A DNA stretch of 64,000 nt from the human T2T-CHM13v2.0 reference genome, Homo sapiens. How positions within the stretch are numbered: the stretch's first letter is position 1; each line of letters starts with the position of its first letter. The notes under the pieces are model-generated. The model ran no database searches and had not been told where the DNA came from. It saw nothing but the letters and a program-made list of their open reading frames with translations. Positions 1 to 17,342 of this stretch are shown piece by piece. Both the position numbers and the translations under genes were made by a program. The stretch is from the NCBI RefSeq assembly GCF_009914755.1, contig NC_060947.1, one strand, 5' to 3'.

Positions 1-2760
<2,760 letters not shown>

Positions 2761-2776
<16 letters not shown>

Positions 2777-2820
2777 GACTGGGGTGGGGCGGGGCGAGGA
2801 GGGACGGGGCGGGGCGAGGC
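2761..2820. promoter_or_regulatory. Clustered Sp/KLF GC boxes at the TSS
   Basis: Repeated GGGGCGGGGC / GGGGTGGGGC motifs. Confidence 0.8.
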
Positions 2821-3070
2821 GAGCCGCGCGGCCAGGGGGCGGTGGCGGTTGTGCGGCCGGTAGCCGGCGGGGTGCGGGGGCGCGGCGTGGAGCGCGGCGG
2901 GGGCCACTGGGGCACCGCGGCGCGGGGACCGGGCGAAGGCAGTGCGAGAGGAGGGTGCGGAGCCCGCGCGGTGGCTCCCGGCAGCCGAGCCCAGCTGCCC
3001 GCTCGCAGCCGCTCTACACAGGGCGCTCTGGCATAACTACTGCAGAGGGGCTGCAGGCTCGAGCGCGCTG

Positions 3071-3152
3071 ATTGGCTTCCCAGCAGCCGTCCGCTCTGAC
3101 TGGCTCTGGGAGAAGTTCCCCAGCCTCACTCCTCCTTCCCGCCGCTCATTGG
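3071..3152 (-). promoter_or_regulatory. Two CCAAT boxes (NF-Y-like) upstream of GPC3
   Basis: ctgATTGGct (3071-3075) and ctcATTGGcc (3148-3152) read CCAAT on the minus strand, with NF-Y-type flanks. Confidence 0.6.
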
Positions 3153-3814
3153 CCTACAGCCTGGAGGGCTTTTCCCTTTAGGATTTTTGTCTCCTTTTCA
3201 TCCTTCCTGGGGGCAGGTGGGGGTCCCTGACTTAGGTCCCCCTCCGCTTCGCCACAGGCCTTCTTTCAGCTTGTGCCAGCTCTTTCCTGGCCACCAGAGC
3301 CACACAAGGTGTTCCTTCACACAAAATCCACCTCCTCATTCTACTCTCTGAGGAGCTTCCCGCGAACCGTTTTCCTAACGCAGCTCTGACCGGGTTCTCA
3401 AAGCCAACCTGCAAATAGTCGCGTTCAGGGACAGCCAGGGACCGCTGGGCTTTTCACAGCCTGCCTCACCTTTGAATATTGTATCTTAAAAGTCTGAAAG
3501 CCTCTGTGGCTTGCTAGATTTGATTCAGTAGAGCCACACAAAGTCAGAGAAAGCACCTGATTCTGGGGCGTTAAAAGAAAATCTACTGCACGACAGTCCC
3601 AGGTGGCCCTTCAAGAGGCAAAGCCTAACTGGTTACAACGAAATAACCAGGGGCTTAAAGCCAGCCTAACTCATTAGAAAATCATTACACAGCAAATTTA
3701 CTGAGCCAAAGCTAGCCTATTTCATAGATGGAGTAGAAGGCTATTTGAAAGGTATCCTACACCCAAATCCCACCTCTCCTGCTTAGATTTCACCATTAGA
3801 AATCCAGTTCTTTA

Positions 3815-4175
<361 letters not shown>

Positions 4176-4479
4176 TTAGTCATTACCTATATGCTGCTAA
4201 GTAGGGATCTTTAGCGTGGATTATTTTCATGATCCTCCACACCCTAGTCCAGTAGAGAACTCAATAAGTATTTGTATGATGAAATTACTTAACACCTCAG
4301 CATGAATTAGTTTGTCATCTGATGGTTTTGTTTCCGACCTAGGTGAAAGTAGGTTTTGAGGGAGAACCTCAGCACCAGGAAATTGTCTGGGGTGTGCAAG
4401 GTCCGGAGAGAGGAGGTTGTGTTCCAGGACCCATGGGCTGAGAAGGGAGACAAAGAGAGAGGAAGGTCACGGGGGAAGT

Positions 4480-5295
4480 TCATTCATCCATTTATTCATT
4501 CGGTAACAAATATTTGAACTCCTACTGTGTTCCAGGCACTGTAGATTACAAACAGACAATGAGGATACAAAGATTAACCAACCCGTGGTACCTGACCTCA
4601 AAGAACTGCAAACTAATGGGGAAAACAACCAAGTTAACCCACTGTGTGAATGCTAAGATGAAGTTCTAAGGGGTGAAGGGGGGGGGGGGGATCGGAGAAA
4701 GCATGCCAGAGGAGATGATGTCCTAAACTCAGACCAGTAGGAGTTTAGGTGAGACAAGCAGATGGGGAGAAGGGTGCTGAGGCAAAGAAAGCAGTGTAAA
4801 CAAAGACACTGAGGGGAGAGGGCTTGGCATGGCCCAGTTGGAAGGTGGGAGGTGCAAGTAATGATTTCAGGTTGCGGAGTTGGAAGAGCTAAGGTGACAG
4901 AGGTAAGCAAGGGCCAGATTATGCAGTCTTGAAGCCATATGGAGGAGCCTGGGGAACCACTTAAGGAAGTTTTCAGCACAGGGGGGTGCCATGATCATAT
5001 TTGCCTGATTAAAAGATCTCTCCAGCAGCACTGTGGAGAATGGCTTGAAGAAGGAAAAAGACTGGAAGCAAGGAGACCAGTTAAGAGGCTGTGAAAATAA
5101 TCCAGACAAGAAATGTTAAAGTCCTGTAGCAGAGAAGATTTGGAAATGGAAATAATTACTGGAGATATTTAGCATATAGAGTTAAAAGGGCATAGTGACC
5201 TAGTCGATATGGGGGATGGGAGAGAAGGAGTCAAGGACGGAGGGCTCATTCACTCTTTTTTCAACAAACATTTGAGTGCCGCCGATGTATCTGGC
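4480..5295 (-). mobile_element. LINE-2 fragment(s)
   Basis: L2 3'-end signature cattcatccatttattcattc...aaatatttgaactcctactgtgttccaggcactg followed by typical L2 purine-rich body. Confidence 0.7.
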
Positions 5296-8200
5296 ATTCT
5301 TCTCCTACTTCATAATTTTGCCTGGGGCTAGGCCTGCGCCTGCATTGAACATTTGACAAATGACATATCCACTTTAAAAGAAACACCAATTAAGAGTCAT
5401 AATTTGGCTGGTGAGTTTGATATGTTCCACCTGTGGAGCCCTGTGACCAAAGGGCAGATTGGAAGGCAAGCATTGATTGAATTTCATGACCTTGCAGAGG
5501 AAGACATGACCTCCCATAAATTCATGATCTTCCAGAGCTCATGCAACTAACTACAAAGGCAACAGTTGTTTTCAACTACTGGGTATTGAGTACCTGGAAA
5601 AGGGGAAATGTGACTTATTTTTAATATATGCTTTTATATTTAATATACTTTGTATGAGCTAGGTCAGTGCTTCCCAAAGGGAAGCGTGTGAATCCCTGGG
5701 TTCACTGAAGTGGACCAATGAAGTTTTTGCTTTTCATTTTAATAAATATTTATTTTAATGGTGGATTAGAAAAAATATATGTAACTAGTACATCCAACCC
5801 ATGATTTTGTTAGGACAAAACTAAGTAGCTGGTGCCATGATACATTTATTTCAATAAAAATGTGAACTGGTTTGAAGAAAAATATTTAATAGTAATGGGA
5901 ATATGAAGATATAACAAAATGTGTAGGGCGATATGTGAACAACTAGGATTTGGGCTGTCATAGGCAAGCTGGCCCTGAGGTTTTGGAAAATATTTCTTTG
6001 GCCTAAAAGCTTCTGCTGTCCCTCCAAGCAGCTACTTCAGAGCTTTTAGCCAACCTAAGGTAGGAGTTAATAAAACTTGCTAGGTTTAAGGAGTGGTTCC
6101 ATTTTTATAAGTGCCTCTCAAAGACTTTCTAACCTTCCAGTCCCTAAGCAATGACTCTAATAGCGGAATTTCAGGCACTGAAACTGACATTGAGGAAAGC
6201 TTGCAGGAAAGCTATGAGCAGCTGTCCGCCCTGCCTACCCAGTAACTTGGAATTTTACTGATGAAAATCCAGTTCCTTAACCAAAGCATACAATCTGTTA
6301 CATTACATACTGTATACTGCCCAAATGGGCGACTGTGGATTAAGACTGGGTTTTCTTTTCCTCTTTTACATAAACAACTGTCTTAACTTTCAAGGCTCCC
6401 TTCCTTGTGTTAGAAGTAAGGCCAGTGATTCATCCTTACTCTTCATAGTAGAGACAAAGAGAAACAATCAGTCTAGAAACACAAAAGGATGTGCTGATTG
6501 AGCTAGTGTTCACTTTTGACAATTCATGATTCTGTGCTTTCAGGCCCGGTTGGAAGCATTTAGATAACACCGTTGGGCCCCATCTTTCTCTTTGGACCCC
6601 AGAGGAAGGCTACCTAGCACAGCAGGCCCAGAAGAACTTTTCTTCACCTTTCACTCCTAGTCTCCAGTTTGAAAGAATTCGAGAATTCCCAGCTGTAGCC
6701 AGCAGCTATTATCTTGCTGTAGCTGGGAGGAGAGTCTGGTTCCATGGCTCCAAAAGCAGCATAAATCAAGTTTTCTGGGAGAGGGTTAAGAAAGGGTGTT
6801 CAACAGCTGCCGCCATGGGAGGAGCTCATACACAGCCGTGCACATGGCCACACACGCACACATTGTTTGTCTTGGGCCCAGTTTCCTTTGCCCTCCAGGT
6901 GATGTTCTCCTCTCCCCATATCCCTCAGGTACACAGTATCTTCTGCCCTGAACTCCACTCTCAAAACCTGCTTTCAGAAAAGAAACTTTAAAACTCGTCC
7001 GTTTACAGTGTATATGGTTGATAGGTTATAATGGGGCTGCCCACCCAGGGGTACGAGTATTTTAACAGGATCAAAGCTTTAAACCAAAGGAACAGAGCTC
7101 TAAAAACTGTGGAATTCCAGGCATCTGCCAGTGGGAAGGGAGTGTTTAAACTGAGGGGCAATGAGGCCTTTTTTGGTGCACCTGAAATCACATCATGTAG
7201 ACAGTTGCTTATATGTTAGACTGGTGCTGCTCACAGTCAACACCTCCCTGGCCACACCTCTGCACTCTATGGCACACAGCCACTTTGTCTCCCCTTCTCT
7301 TGCAGTGTATGACTCCTTTGTGGGGCAGAGGGGAGGGGAGGCGCCAGGCACACTGATCCCAATGCTCCCAAATGTATAAGCTATGATCAGAGAATGAATT
7401 ATGGTCCTTTGGGAAAGAGTGTTCATTCATTCATCCCAGCCAGCAGGCCAGTGCAATGTAAATGGTAACTTTGTAAGTTGAAAGACTTAGAGCCATTTTG
7501 AAAATTGCATAATAATCCCAGGCAGAATTTGGCTCCGTGTGTATGGAAAATTAATAGACCCGGCTGAGATGCTTGCATTGTGAGTTGTGGATGGATAGCC
7601 TGTCCTCAGACCAGGGACTATGCTTTGCCCTCACTAAATCCACAAAATATACTGAGCTTCTTGTAAGTCAGAGTCCAAGGCTTGAAAAAAACTATTGAAA
7701 ATTTTATTTGTAGCATCATGTTGATTACCACAAATAAAAAATTATTCTATTCTGTGTTTGCTTGTATAAGGGATATTGACCTAGATTTCTAACATATTTC
7801 TTCATACACCAGTCCATTGATTTTCTTTTTCATTGGGCAGATGCACTGTATGTAAATCTAACATTTTGTGTCTCTTGCATAGGATATTTGGTTTTCTTTC
7901 AAAATTTAACGGGTTTGTAGTTTGGTGATTGAGAGCACAGTAGCTTTAAATCCAAATGCTGGTGATGCCTGAGGCATGGCTTTATGTGCCACATGGCAAT
8001 TCACACATATTTTGTTTTGCTTTGAATCATTTTGGACCAAAGAACACAGTGCTTCAGGTAATGTAATATATCTGTTTTGATGTATGATGTGTAGAACCTC
8101 TAATAATTTCACTAAGTTTTTTTCTGGGTCTTTATGCTCTGGAGCGTGGGTCCCCAGTAAGCCAACACGCATTCAACAGTTGACATCTCATGTGTTTGCT

Positions 8201-8367
8201 TCCATTAAGGTCCTTTCCTATCACCAGAGCTCCCTGAATTTTTAGCAACTTATGATGGGAAATCAACAGCCACCATCAAAGATAACAACTCATATTTTTG
8301 ATAACTTCTCTCTTTCCCTTCCCAAACCCTATCCACACTCCTAAGTCTTGTGGAATTTCAAACCTAA

Positions 8368-8753
<386 letters not shown>

Positions 8754-9106
8754 AAGAACTGTGTTCTTGAGAGGCAGTATGGTTGGGACCTGCAGTTAAA
8801 GGAGAGGGAGACAGCAGGTTCAAGCCATTCCATACCCTACCAGCCAGGCCCAGGGGCTGCCTGACTTGCAGTACCAACACTGGGGTGACCACTACTCTTG
8901 CCACATTGTGCAGCAAATGTATGTTTTCCTATGTATCTCCACTGTAACTTGAGAGCTTTAAATGAGTAGGGATTCATATGCTTCTTTTATGTACTCCCTG
9001 TAGTACAGTGCTACTCAGAGTGCAGTCCGTGTACCTGTGCTGGTCGGTGCCCTGTTTCCTACTAGTCTGTGAATCTGTGACTGCTACCAAGTAAACAATT
9101 AGAAAC

Positions 9107-9403
9107 TTTTTTTTTCTTTGAGCCAGGGTCTTGCCCAGGCTATACTGGAGTGGTGTGATCCTGGCTTGGTTAAGCCTTGACCTCCTGAACTCAAGCTATC
9201 CTCCCACCTCAGCACTCTTCCCAAAGTAGCTGGGACGACAGACACGCACCACCATGCCTGGCAAATTTTTTTTTTTATTTTGTGCAGAGATGAGGGTCTC
9301 ACAATGTTGCCCAGGCTGATCTCGAACTCCTGAACTCAAGGGATCCTTCCACCTCAGCCTCCCAATGTTCTGAGATTACAGGCATGAACTACTGCACTTG
9401 GCC
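9107..9403 (-). mobile_element. AluJ
   Basis: Diverged antisense dimer; TSD tagaaactttt. Confidence 0.9.
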
Positions 9404-10770
9404 CCTAGAAACTTTTATAGCATTTTGATATTGCTGCCACTTGTGAGCACATGAAGAGTTGGTCACACTGTTGAGTCAAATAATTGTTTTAAAATGGCCT
9501 TGTATTTTGTATTTCTTTTACAGTTTTTCCAGTAAATCATTTTTATGATGTTTTCCCAAAGTATTTGTCCATGTCAGATAGAAAATTAAAAATAATATAA
9601 AATAAGCTGATTTTACTACAGATAGTTTGAGAAGTATCGCCCTAGTATATGCACAGTACTTTGGTCTGTAGTAGTCTCTTAGTAAAGGTTTTTCAACGAA
9701 GCCCTGTGATGCTTTTCTTTACAAAAATAAATCCACACATCCTGATTTATGGAGAGTTCCTATTAAGATCATAACATATAAAAGCTTTCCAATAATAAGT
9801 GGCTTATTTAAAGATAAATTTCTAGCTAAAATATTCCTGCTATAAAAATTATCACATAAGAATGCTTTTCTTCTTCAGCTCACTTTTATTCAAGAAACAG
9901 AAGAGAGTAAATGTGGCTTACATGAGGTTGTGCATCTCAGAAGATCTTGGTATAAATTACAAACAGAGTTTGAACTCCATAGCCTTTGTATTTTATTTTA
10001 TCAATTATTTCCCTCCTAATTTATATCATGTTTTCTGTTGTAAATGAAAGAGATACTAGCCTGAGTACCAAAACATATCTTTTTAAGAGCAAGATAAGAT
10101 CCAGAGGGAAGTACTGCTTCCTTGGAATGCCTTCATCTCATTCATCCTTACAACATGTCAGAAGCATAGCAAGTCTCCCCAGCCGTAAATAAATTGCATG
10201 TCATTACTCAGAAGATTTACGCTCTGTTGGATGTCTCCAGTTCTTCCCTAACTCCTGTTAAACTTATGGTTAATACCATATGTTTTGTTAGCAGTTTTTT
10301 GTCTGGTATTGTTTTGAAGTTAGCAGTTGTTTCATGTGGGAGTATCCCGTCTTCCCAAGTAGATTGGAATAATGAAAAGAACGGCAGACCAGCAGTCAAA
10401 GAGCTCATTTCTAGTTCTTGTTTTGCCACTCGGAGCATTGCGACTCTGGATCAGTAACTTAATGTTTCTGAACTACAGCCTCCTTAACTGTAAATTGATA
10501 ATGGTGGACTATATGCTTTCTAAAATTCCTTCTACCTCTGACTGTCTGTGATTCTATGTCAGTGAACTCCTTGAGGGAAGGAATCTTACATTTCTGTATG
10601 TAGCCTCCAGAACCTTGCCTAGAATGCAGTATGCCCCCAATACACATCGTTGATGACATGACAAAACGTCTTCCTCATGACACAGATCCCAGTAATGGCT
10701 CCATAGGAGATGCTCAAGAAATATTAGTCGTTGATCAGTGCTCATCTTAAAGTACCGTATAATAACATTA

Positions 10771-11181
<411 letters not shown>

Positions 11182-11879
11182 TTATCTCCAGAAATCTAAG
11201 TCAGAGATTTAAAAAATTAATTCATTAACATTTTTAAATAACCAAGGCTTTGTTATTGATTCTTTAAGATTATAAAATACTAAAGGTGAGAGATTATATT
11301 TATCTAAATCTCACTGTATGGGAATCTAATGGATTATTTTATTGTTTGGAAATGATTATAGTAATGTTTTAGGAAGATTTATTATTAATTTTTTCCTATT
11401 GGAAAACCTGTGTCAATCCCTTCTATGGAAATCCTTCCAAAATGTATTGCCCATTTCTCTGCCTTAGTAAATAAAGCATATGAAATCTAATATAACCTAT
11501 CCTTGATGCTCTGTTTTATCATATTCAATTTTTGTGCAATGTTGTAAATATACAAAAATGGTGAGACAATGAGCTGAGTCTGTATTGGGCTTACTACACA
11601 TCATGAAATTTGATTTTTAAAAATAACAAATCCTCTGAAATGAATTTTCTCTTCCTCTTTAATGTATGATTCAGCATATACAGATGCATGCTGTCCTGCA
11701 TTAGTCTGCTTTTTAAAAAAATGTAATCGGAATCAAAGGCCAAAGTAGCCCTTCCTAGGTCATTCCCTTGGTTTAACCTCAGTTAAACAGCAATCATTTT
11801 CAATAACAGCTATTTCAACTCACTCTCCAGTTGACTTGCTTTAGCTTATGTTGCAACAGAGTGATCACAAGAGCCAGCA

Positions 11880-12020
11880 CAGTGTTGTGGAATGGACATA
11901 AGTTCCACAGTCAGATAGTCCTGGGTCCAAATTCCAACTCTATTACTTACTAGCTAGATAACCTTGGGCAAGCAGCCTTATCAGTCTAAGCCTTCACTTA
12001 CAAAATGAGGATTAAAAACT
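11880..12020 (+). mobile_element. MIR
   Basis: MIR core: cctgggtccaaattccaactctattacttactagct...accttgggcaag. Confidence 0.7.
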
Positions 12021-12039
12021 TAACCTTCAAAAAGACCGA

Positions 12040-12985
12040 AAGTATTAGTGAGGATGTGGAAATTGGAAACCTTGCATACTGTTGATGGTAATATAAAATG
12101 GTACAGCTGCTATGGAAAACAGTATGGAGGCTCTTCAAAAAATTAAAAATGGAACTATCATATGATCCAGCAATCCCACTTCTGGGTATTCATTAAAAGA
12201 ATTGAAATCAGGATCCTAAACAGATATTAGCACCCCCCTGTTCATTGCTGCAGTTATTCGCAATAGCCAACATGTGAAAACAACCTAAATGACAATGGAC
12301 AGATGAATAGATAAAGGCAATGTGACAGAAAACCAAATACCTCATGTTCTCACTTATAAGTGGGAGCTAAATGATGAGAACACACGGACACACAGAGGGG
12401 AACAACACACACTGGGGCCTATTGGAGGGTGGAAAATGCGAGGAGGGAGAGGATCAGGAAAAATAACTAATGGATACCAGGCTTCATACCTGCAGGATGA
12501 AATAATCTGTACAACAACCACCCATGGCACATGTTTACCTATGTAACAAACCTGCACATCCTGCACATGTAACCCTGAAGTTATGATAAAAGTTGTTAAA
12601 AAAGACAATGAGGCATACACATGCAATGGAATACTATTTGGCCTTCAAAAGGAAAGAAATCTTGCCATTTGTGACAACATGGATGAACCTGGAGGACATT
12701 ATGCTAAGTGAAAAAAGCCAGGCACAGAAGGACAAATACTGCACAATTCCACTTATATAAAGTATCTAAAATGGTCAAATACATAGATACAAAGAGTAGA
12801 ATAGTGTTTACCAAGGACTGGAGGTAAGGAAGAATAGGACATAAGGTATCAGTCAAGCAAGATGAATAGGCTCTAGAAATGTGCTGTACAACATTGTACC
12901 CATAGTCAACAATAGTGTATAATATGCTTAAAATTTTGTTAAGAGGGGAGATCTCATGTTAAGTGTTCTTACCACATTTTTTTAA
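12040..12985 (+). mobile_element. L1M (L1MA/MB-type) 3' end interrupted by a younger L1
   Basis: ORF2 tail and 3'UTR motifs (gatccagcaatcccacttctgggtat; gatgaacctggaggacattatgctaagtgaaa). Confidence 0.85.
12324..12603 (+). mobile_element. Old L1PA/L1PB 3' end nested in L1M
   Basis: aaaaccaaatacctcatgttctcacttataagtgggagct...aacctgcacatcctgcacatgt; degenerate TSD aaggcaatgtg / aagacaatgag. Confidence 0.8.
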
Positions 12986-14402
12986 ACTTAATCTTGGTCA
13001 GTGAATGGATGGATATATAGATCCATATGATAATACACATATATTACAATGCATTGTACAGCTTCTCCACATGCTAAGAAAAATGCAACCTTGCAAAATC
13101 TTTGAGGGGACTAGAGATTATGTAGGTAAAGTGTCTGGCACATTGCAGGTATTCACATTATTGTGTGAACCTTAAGGCTACTTCTTTTAAAGGCCATCAA
13201 AGCCAAGTTTGGTTTTTGTTTGTTTTAACAAACATTACTTTATTTACTTGTTTCTTTCTTTGTCATGTATTACTAACATTTATTCAGCAGTCACTGTGTT
13301 CTAAGCACTGGTGATATAGTGATGAGGGCAAAATTCTCATCCTCATGGTCCTTAGCCAGGTTTGTTTTTAACCTCCAGAGTGATCAGACATGACTGAGAT
13401 CTTGAGGTTGTAGTTATGAGTTCATTGCCAGGTTTGCCACAATGCCAGCTTTTGGGAGTGCCAGATTACCAAAGGTTTGCAGATTTGTAAGTTTGAAGGC
13501 AGGCATATGCCCCTCAAAGGGTCTCCTTTAACTTCACAGTCTTGGCTCCTGCTTAGTCTTCCTCCAGCTTCTCCTTAAAACAGGTCCGTGTGGAGATGAC
13601 AGGAGCTAAGCAGTGTTCAGTGATGGCCTGGGTCCAGCAAGAGACCTGCCACAGGCCCAGGAATTCTCAGACACCGATTTGCCTTTCCATTTCCCAGGGC
13701 TTAACCTCTGTCATTTGGCCTCCCCAATTACAATTACATTTCCAGATCTTTTTTTTTTCTTTTGGCCTTACCCTCAATTCCCAGATCTTAGTAATGGCTC
13801 ATATTTCCTGGACGTAACTACAGGAGCTCAAATTCACCTCTGAAAAAAAGTTTTCAAACTTGAGCTTACAGCCAGATCTACCCCAGTTTTCAACTTCACC
13901 ATCAAACTTGTATATTCATACATTCATACCATTGCTAATTTATCACCTTACAGAAATATCATGCCATATTTACTTTATTTTCTTCTGCTTGGTACTAGAT
14001 AATGAAGTGACTCTTCTTCAGAGGCAAAAGGCCAATGATTTCCCAGTAAATAGAAACAATGTCAGTCTCCCAGCTAATACTCTTTGGTGTGGAGGGAAAA
14101 CAGTTATCTCACATATGGAAGGGAAAGTTCATCTTCCTTGGTGTAACTGCTCCTATGGCAAAGAGGTCATTTAGTCACATGCAAGCAGCTAGACAAGATG
14201 ATAATATAAAGCAGATATATTACCTGTGTGCTTCTAAACCATCTGGGGCTTATCAAATGCCCTATACCACTCAAGGATGAGCCAGTTAAAGAGAAACATC
14301 AAAGAATGAAGGATGGAATCACCTACTGTTCTTCTGTGTATTTTCATAAAAAAAATGGTTTAGTTCTCATTAAGATAAAAAGATCGGAGTATCGTTCTAT
14401 GA

Positions 14403-14747
<345 letters not shown>

Positions 14748-15169
14748 TATGAGCAGTATTCTATTCACACCTGAAGCAGTCATAACTCTGAAATCCAGAG
14801 ATCTCTATTTCTCACCCTAGTTTTGCTGCAAACGGAACTCTTAATACTGATGCACTTTAACATATTCATAGTATCCCTAACTCTAAAAAAAATCAAGCCT
14901 GCCAAATGTCCTTATCCCTGTACTAATATTATTGATTCTCAAATCTTAGACAGTATATCCACTCACACAATTTTTTCCTTAGAATTTGATCTTTTGGGGT
15001 GTTTCAATTCAACAAACAGGGATTACAGTAATGGTAACACATAGTAAAATTTGGGGACCTGATAACAAACCTCTTAATCTGAGAAGGAAGAGCCAAATTT
15101 CCAGGACTACCTAATAATCCCAGTTAAATTGTCTCCTTTCAGAGCCTCTTGTATTTGTTTAAAACTTCC

Positions 15170-15365
15170 TATTTCTCACAGAGGACTTCCTCATACCTTA
15201 TCAGATTGTTCTTTCCAACAGCCCTATCAGATAGACCAGGCAAGCAAGTATTATTACCCCCATAATATTGATGGGAAAGCCTCTGAGATTGAGAGAGATA
15301 AAGTGATGATCCCAAGGTCGCATAGCAGGTCAGCAATGAAGACAGGACCATACCCCAAGTCTAAA
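15170..15365 (-). mobile_element. MIR
   Basis: Degenerate antisense MIR core (tattattacccccat...gatgggaaagcctctgag...cccaaggtcgcatagc). Confidence 0.55.
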
Positions 15366-16380
15366 AGAAAAGAAAAAATCCCAACAAGCCATGTGGCAGT
15401 GCTTTAAAACGTAAATGTCATAGTCAAAAACTTTGAATGTTATCCAGATGTCTATGGAAGGCTCATGGGAATCAATACTCACCTTAAAGAGCCAGGCAGG
15501 AAAAATGACACATTATGAAAAACATGCCAATTTGGGATTTACTGGATGAGAGAGAAAAGTTGAGAACAATATAAACGGGCCAAACTTCAGAATATTTCTT
15601 GTGCTCTTCTCTTCACTGCAAACAGTGACCTTTGCACAGATAGAAAAGGTACAATGTGGGCAGTAGAAAAATGAGTTTGTGTCATACAGTTCATTCAGAA
15701 TTTGTGAAAATAAAAGTGGAAGACATTTTCAAGATCACCCTTACAGTTCAATTTTAAATGTTTAGAGAATCTTTTCTTGCTCAGAAGTGAAAAACCTAAG
15801 GATAAGTCATTCAAGGAAAGTCTGTCTCTGTTCTGCTTTCATCATGTTATCAGTAAGGTGAATGAAGAAATCGAAATGATAAGTCTGAAAGAAGTAGCCT
15901 TTGAAAGCATCTGAATTGCACTTCCTCAGGCCAGTGGAATTTGACAGCTAATTATGAGAACTATAGATGGTACAAAACTCTGAATTTCTCAAAATGTACC
16001 AGTAATTGTCTGCGTAGAGAGAACTGGTTACACACATAACAGGAAACTCCCAGCTTCTCTCAGGAAAAGTGGTTACATGGGTCAGTGTCAGGCCTTATGC
16101 TTGGAATTACGGGGTATAGGTCTGACCGAAGCCCTCTCATTCCTGCCTTGCCTTTAGCAGACTGAGAGGAACACTGAGCCCCTCAAAGGAGAGCTCCCCA
16201 CAGGAAGGAAAAGTCAGCCTAAGTGGGAGCGAAACCCGTGAAGCTGAGTTGCCAGAATCCCTCCACAGGCCACCCAAGCAGTGAAGAAATTCATGGAGAG
16301 AAAGAAAGAAAGAAAAGACCCACAGCCGTGAGCAGAGCCAGCTGGGAGGGATGTTATTACTTTATTTCTGTTTTCTTAAC

Positions 16381-16432
16381 TATGTGTGTGTGTGCGTGTG
16401 TGTGTGTGTGTGTGCGCGCGCGCGTGCGTGTG
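16381..16432. repeat. (TG)n/(CG)n microsatellite
   Basis: Uninterrupted alternating pyrimidine-purine run including (CG)5. Confidence 0.95.
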
Positions 16433-16986
16433 TTTTGAGGGGGAGGGAGGATTGATTGCAGAAAATGTCTTGATCCACAGCACTCAAGATGGAAACTTTT
16501 GTTGATATAATTTCTCCTAACTTTCCTACACCTTCCTTCCCTTCTACTCTATTTCCCCAGTGGCTATCAAGAGCTGTATATATCTGACCACAAAACATCC
16601 AGTCAGTCAGTTCAAGTCAAAAATGCAGCCAGCCATCTGGATTGACTCAAACTCTGTCTACACACACCAATTGGCTTGGGGGTAAAAAAATGTAATTCAG
16701 TGGAACAACTGGTTATTTTTAAAACAACGAGTTGAATTCAGACAACCATCCAATTAGTTGATTTCAAAATGCCTGTTTGGCGACATGAAAAGGGTTATTT
16801 TCAAAGGGCCTTGTGTGTGCATAAACAACCTGAATGCTATTAAATTGACGAGCTATTTTAGAATCAAGGAGATAAGGCCAAGGCGGCTGGACTCTGTTTA
16901 TAAAGGGGAAACCTGGTCGGATAGCAGTCCATCAAGCCCTCCAGAGGGTGACGCCTTCTGTGGCAAGGATGAAGTCTTTCACTTGA

Positions 16987-17342
<356 letters not shown>

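Noticed and set aside
4678-4690. G13 homopolymer
   Set aside because: Isolated slippage-expanded run inside an L2 relic; no supporting context.
10140-10460. Overlapping ORFs with some CpGs, possible processed pseudogene
   Set aside because: No recognisable protein similarity, poly(A) tail or TSD; cannot be supported without a search.
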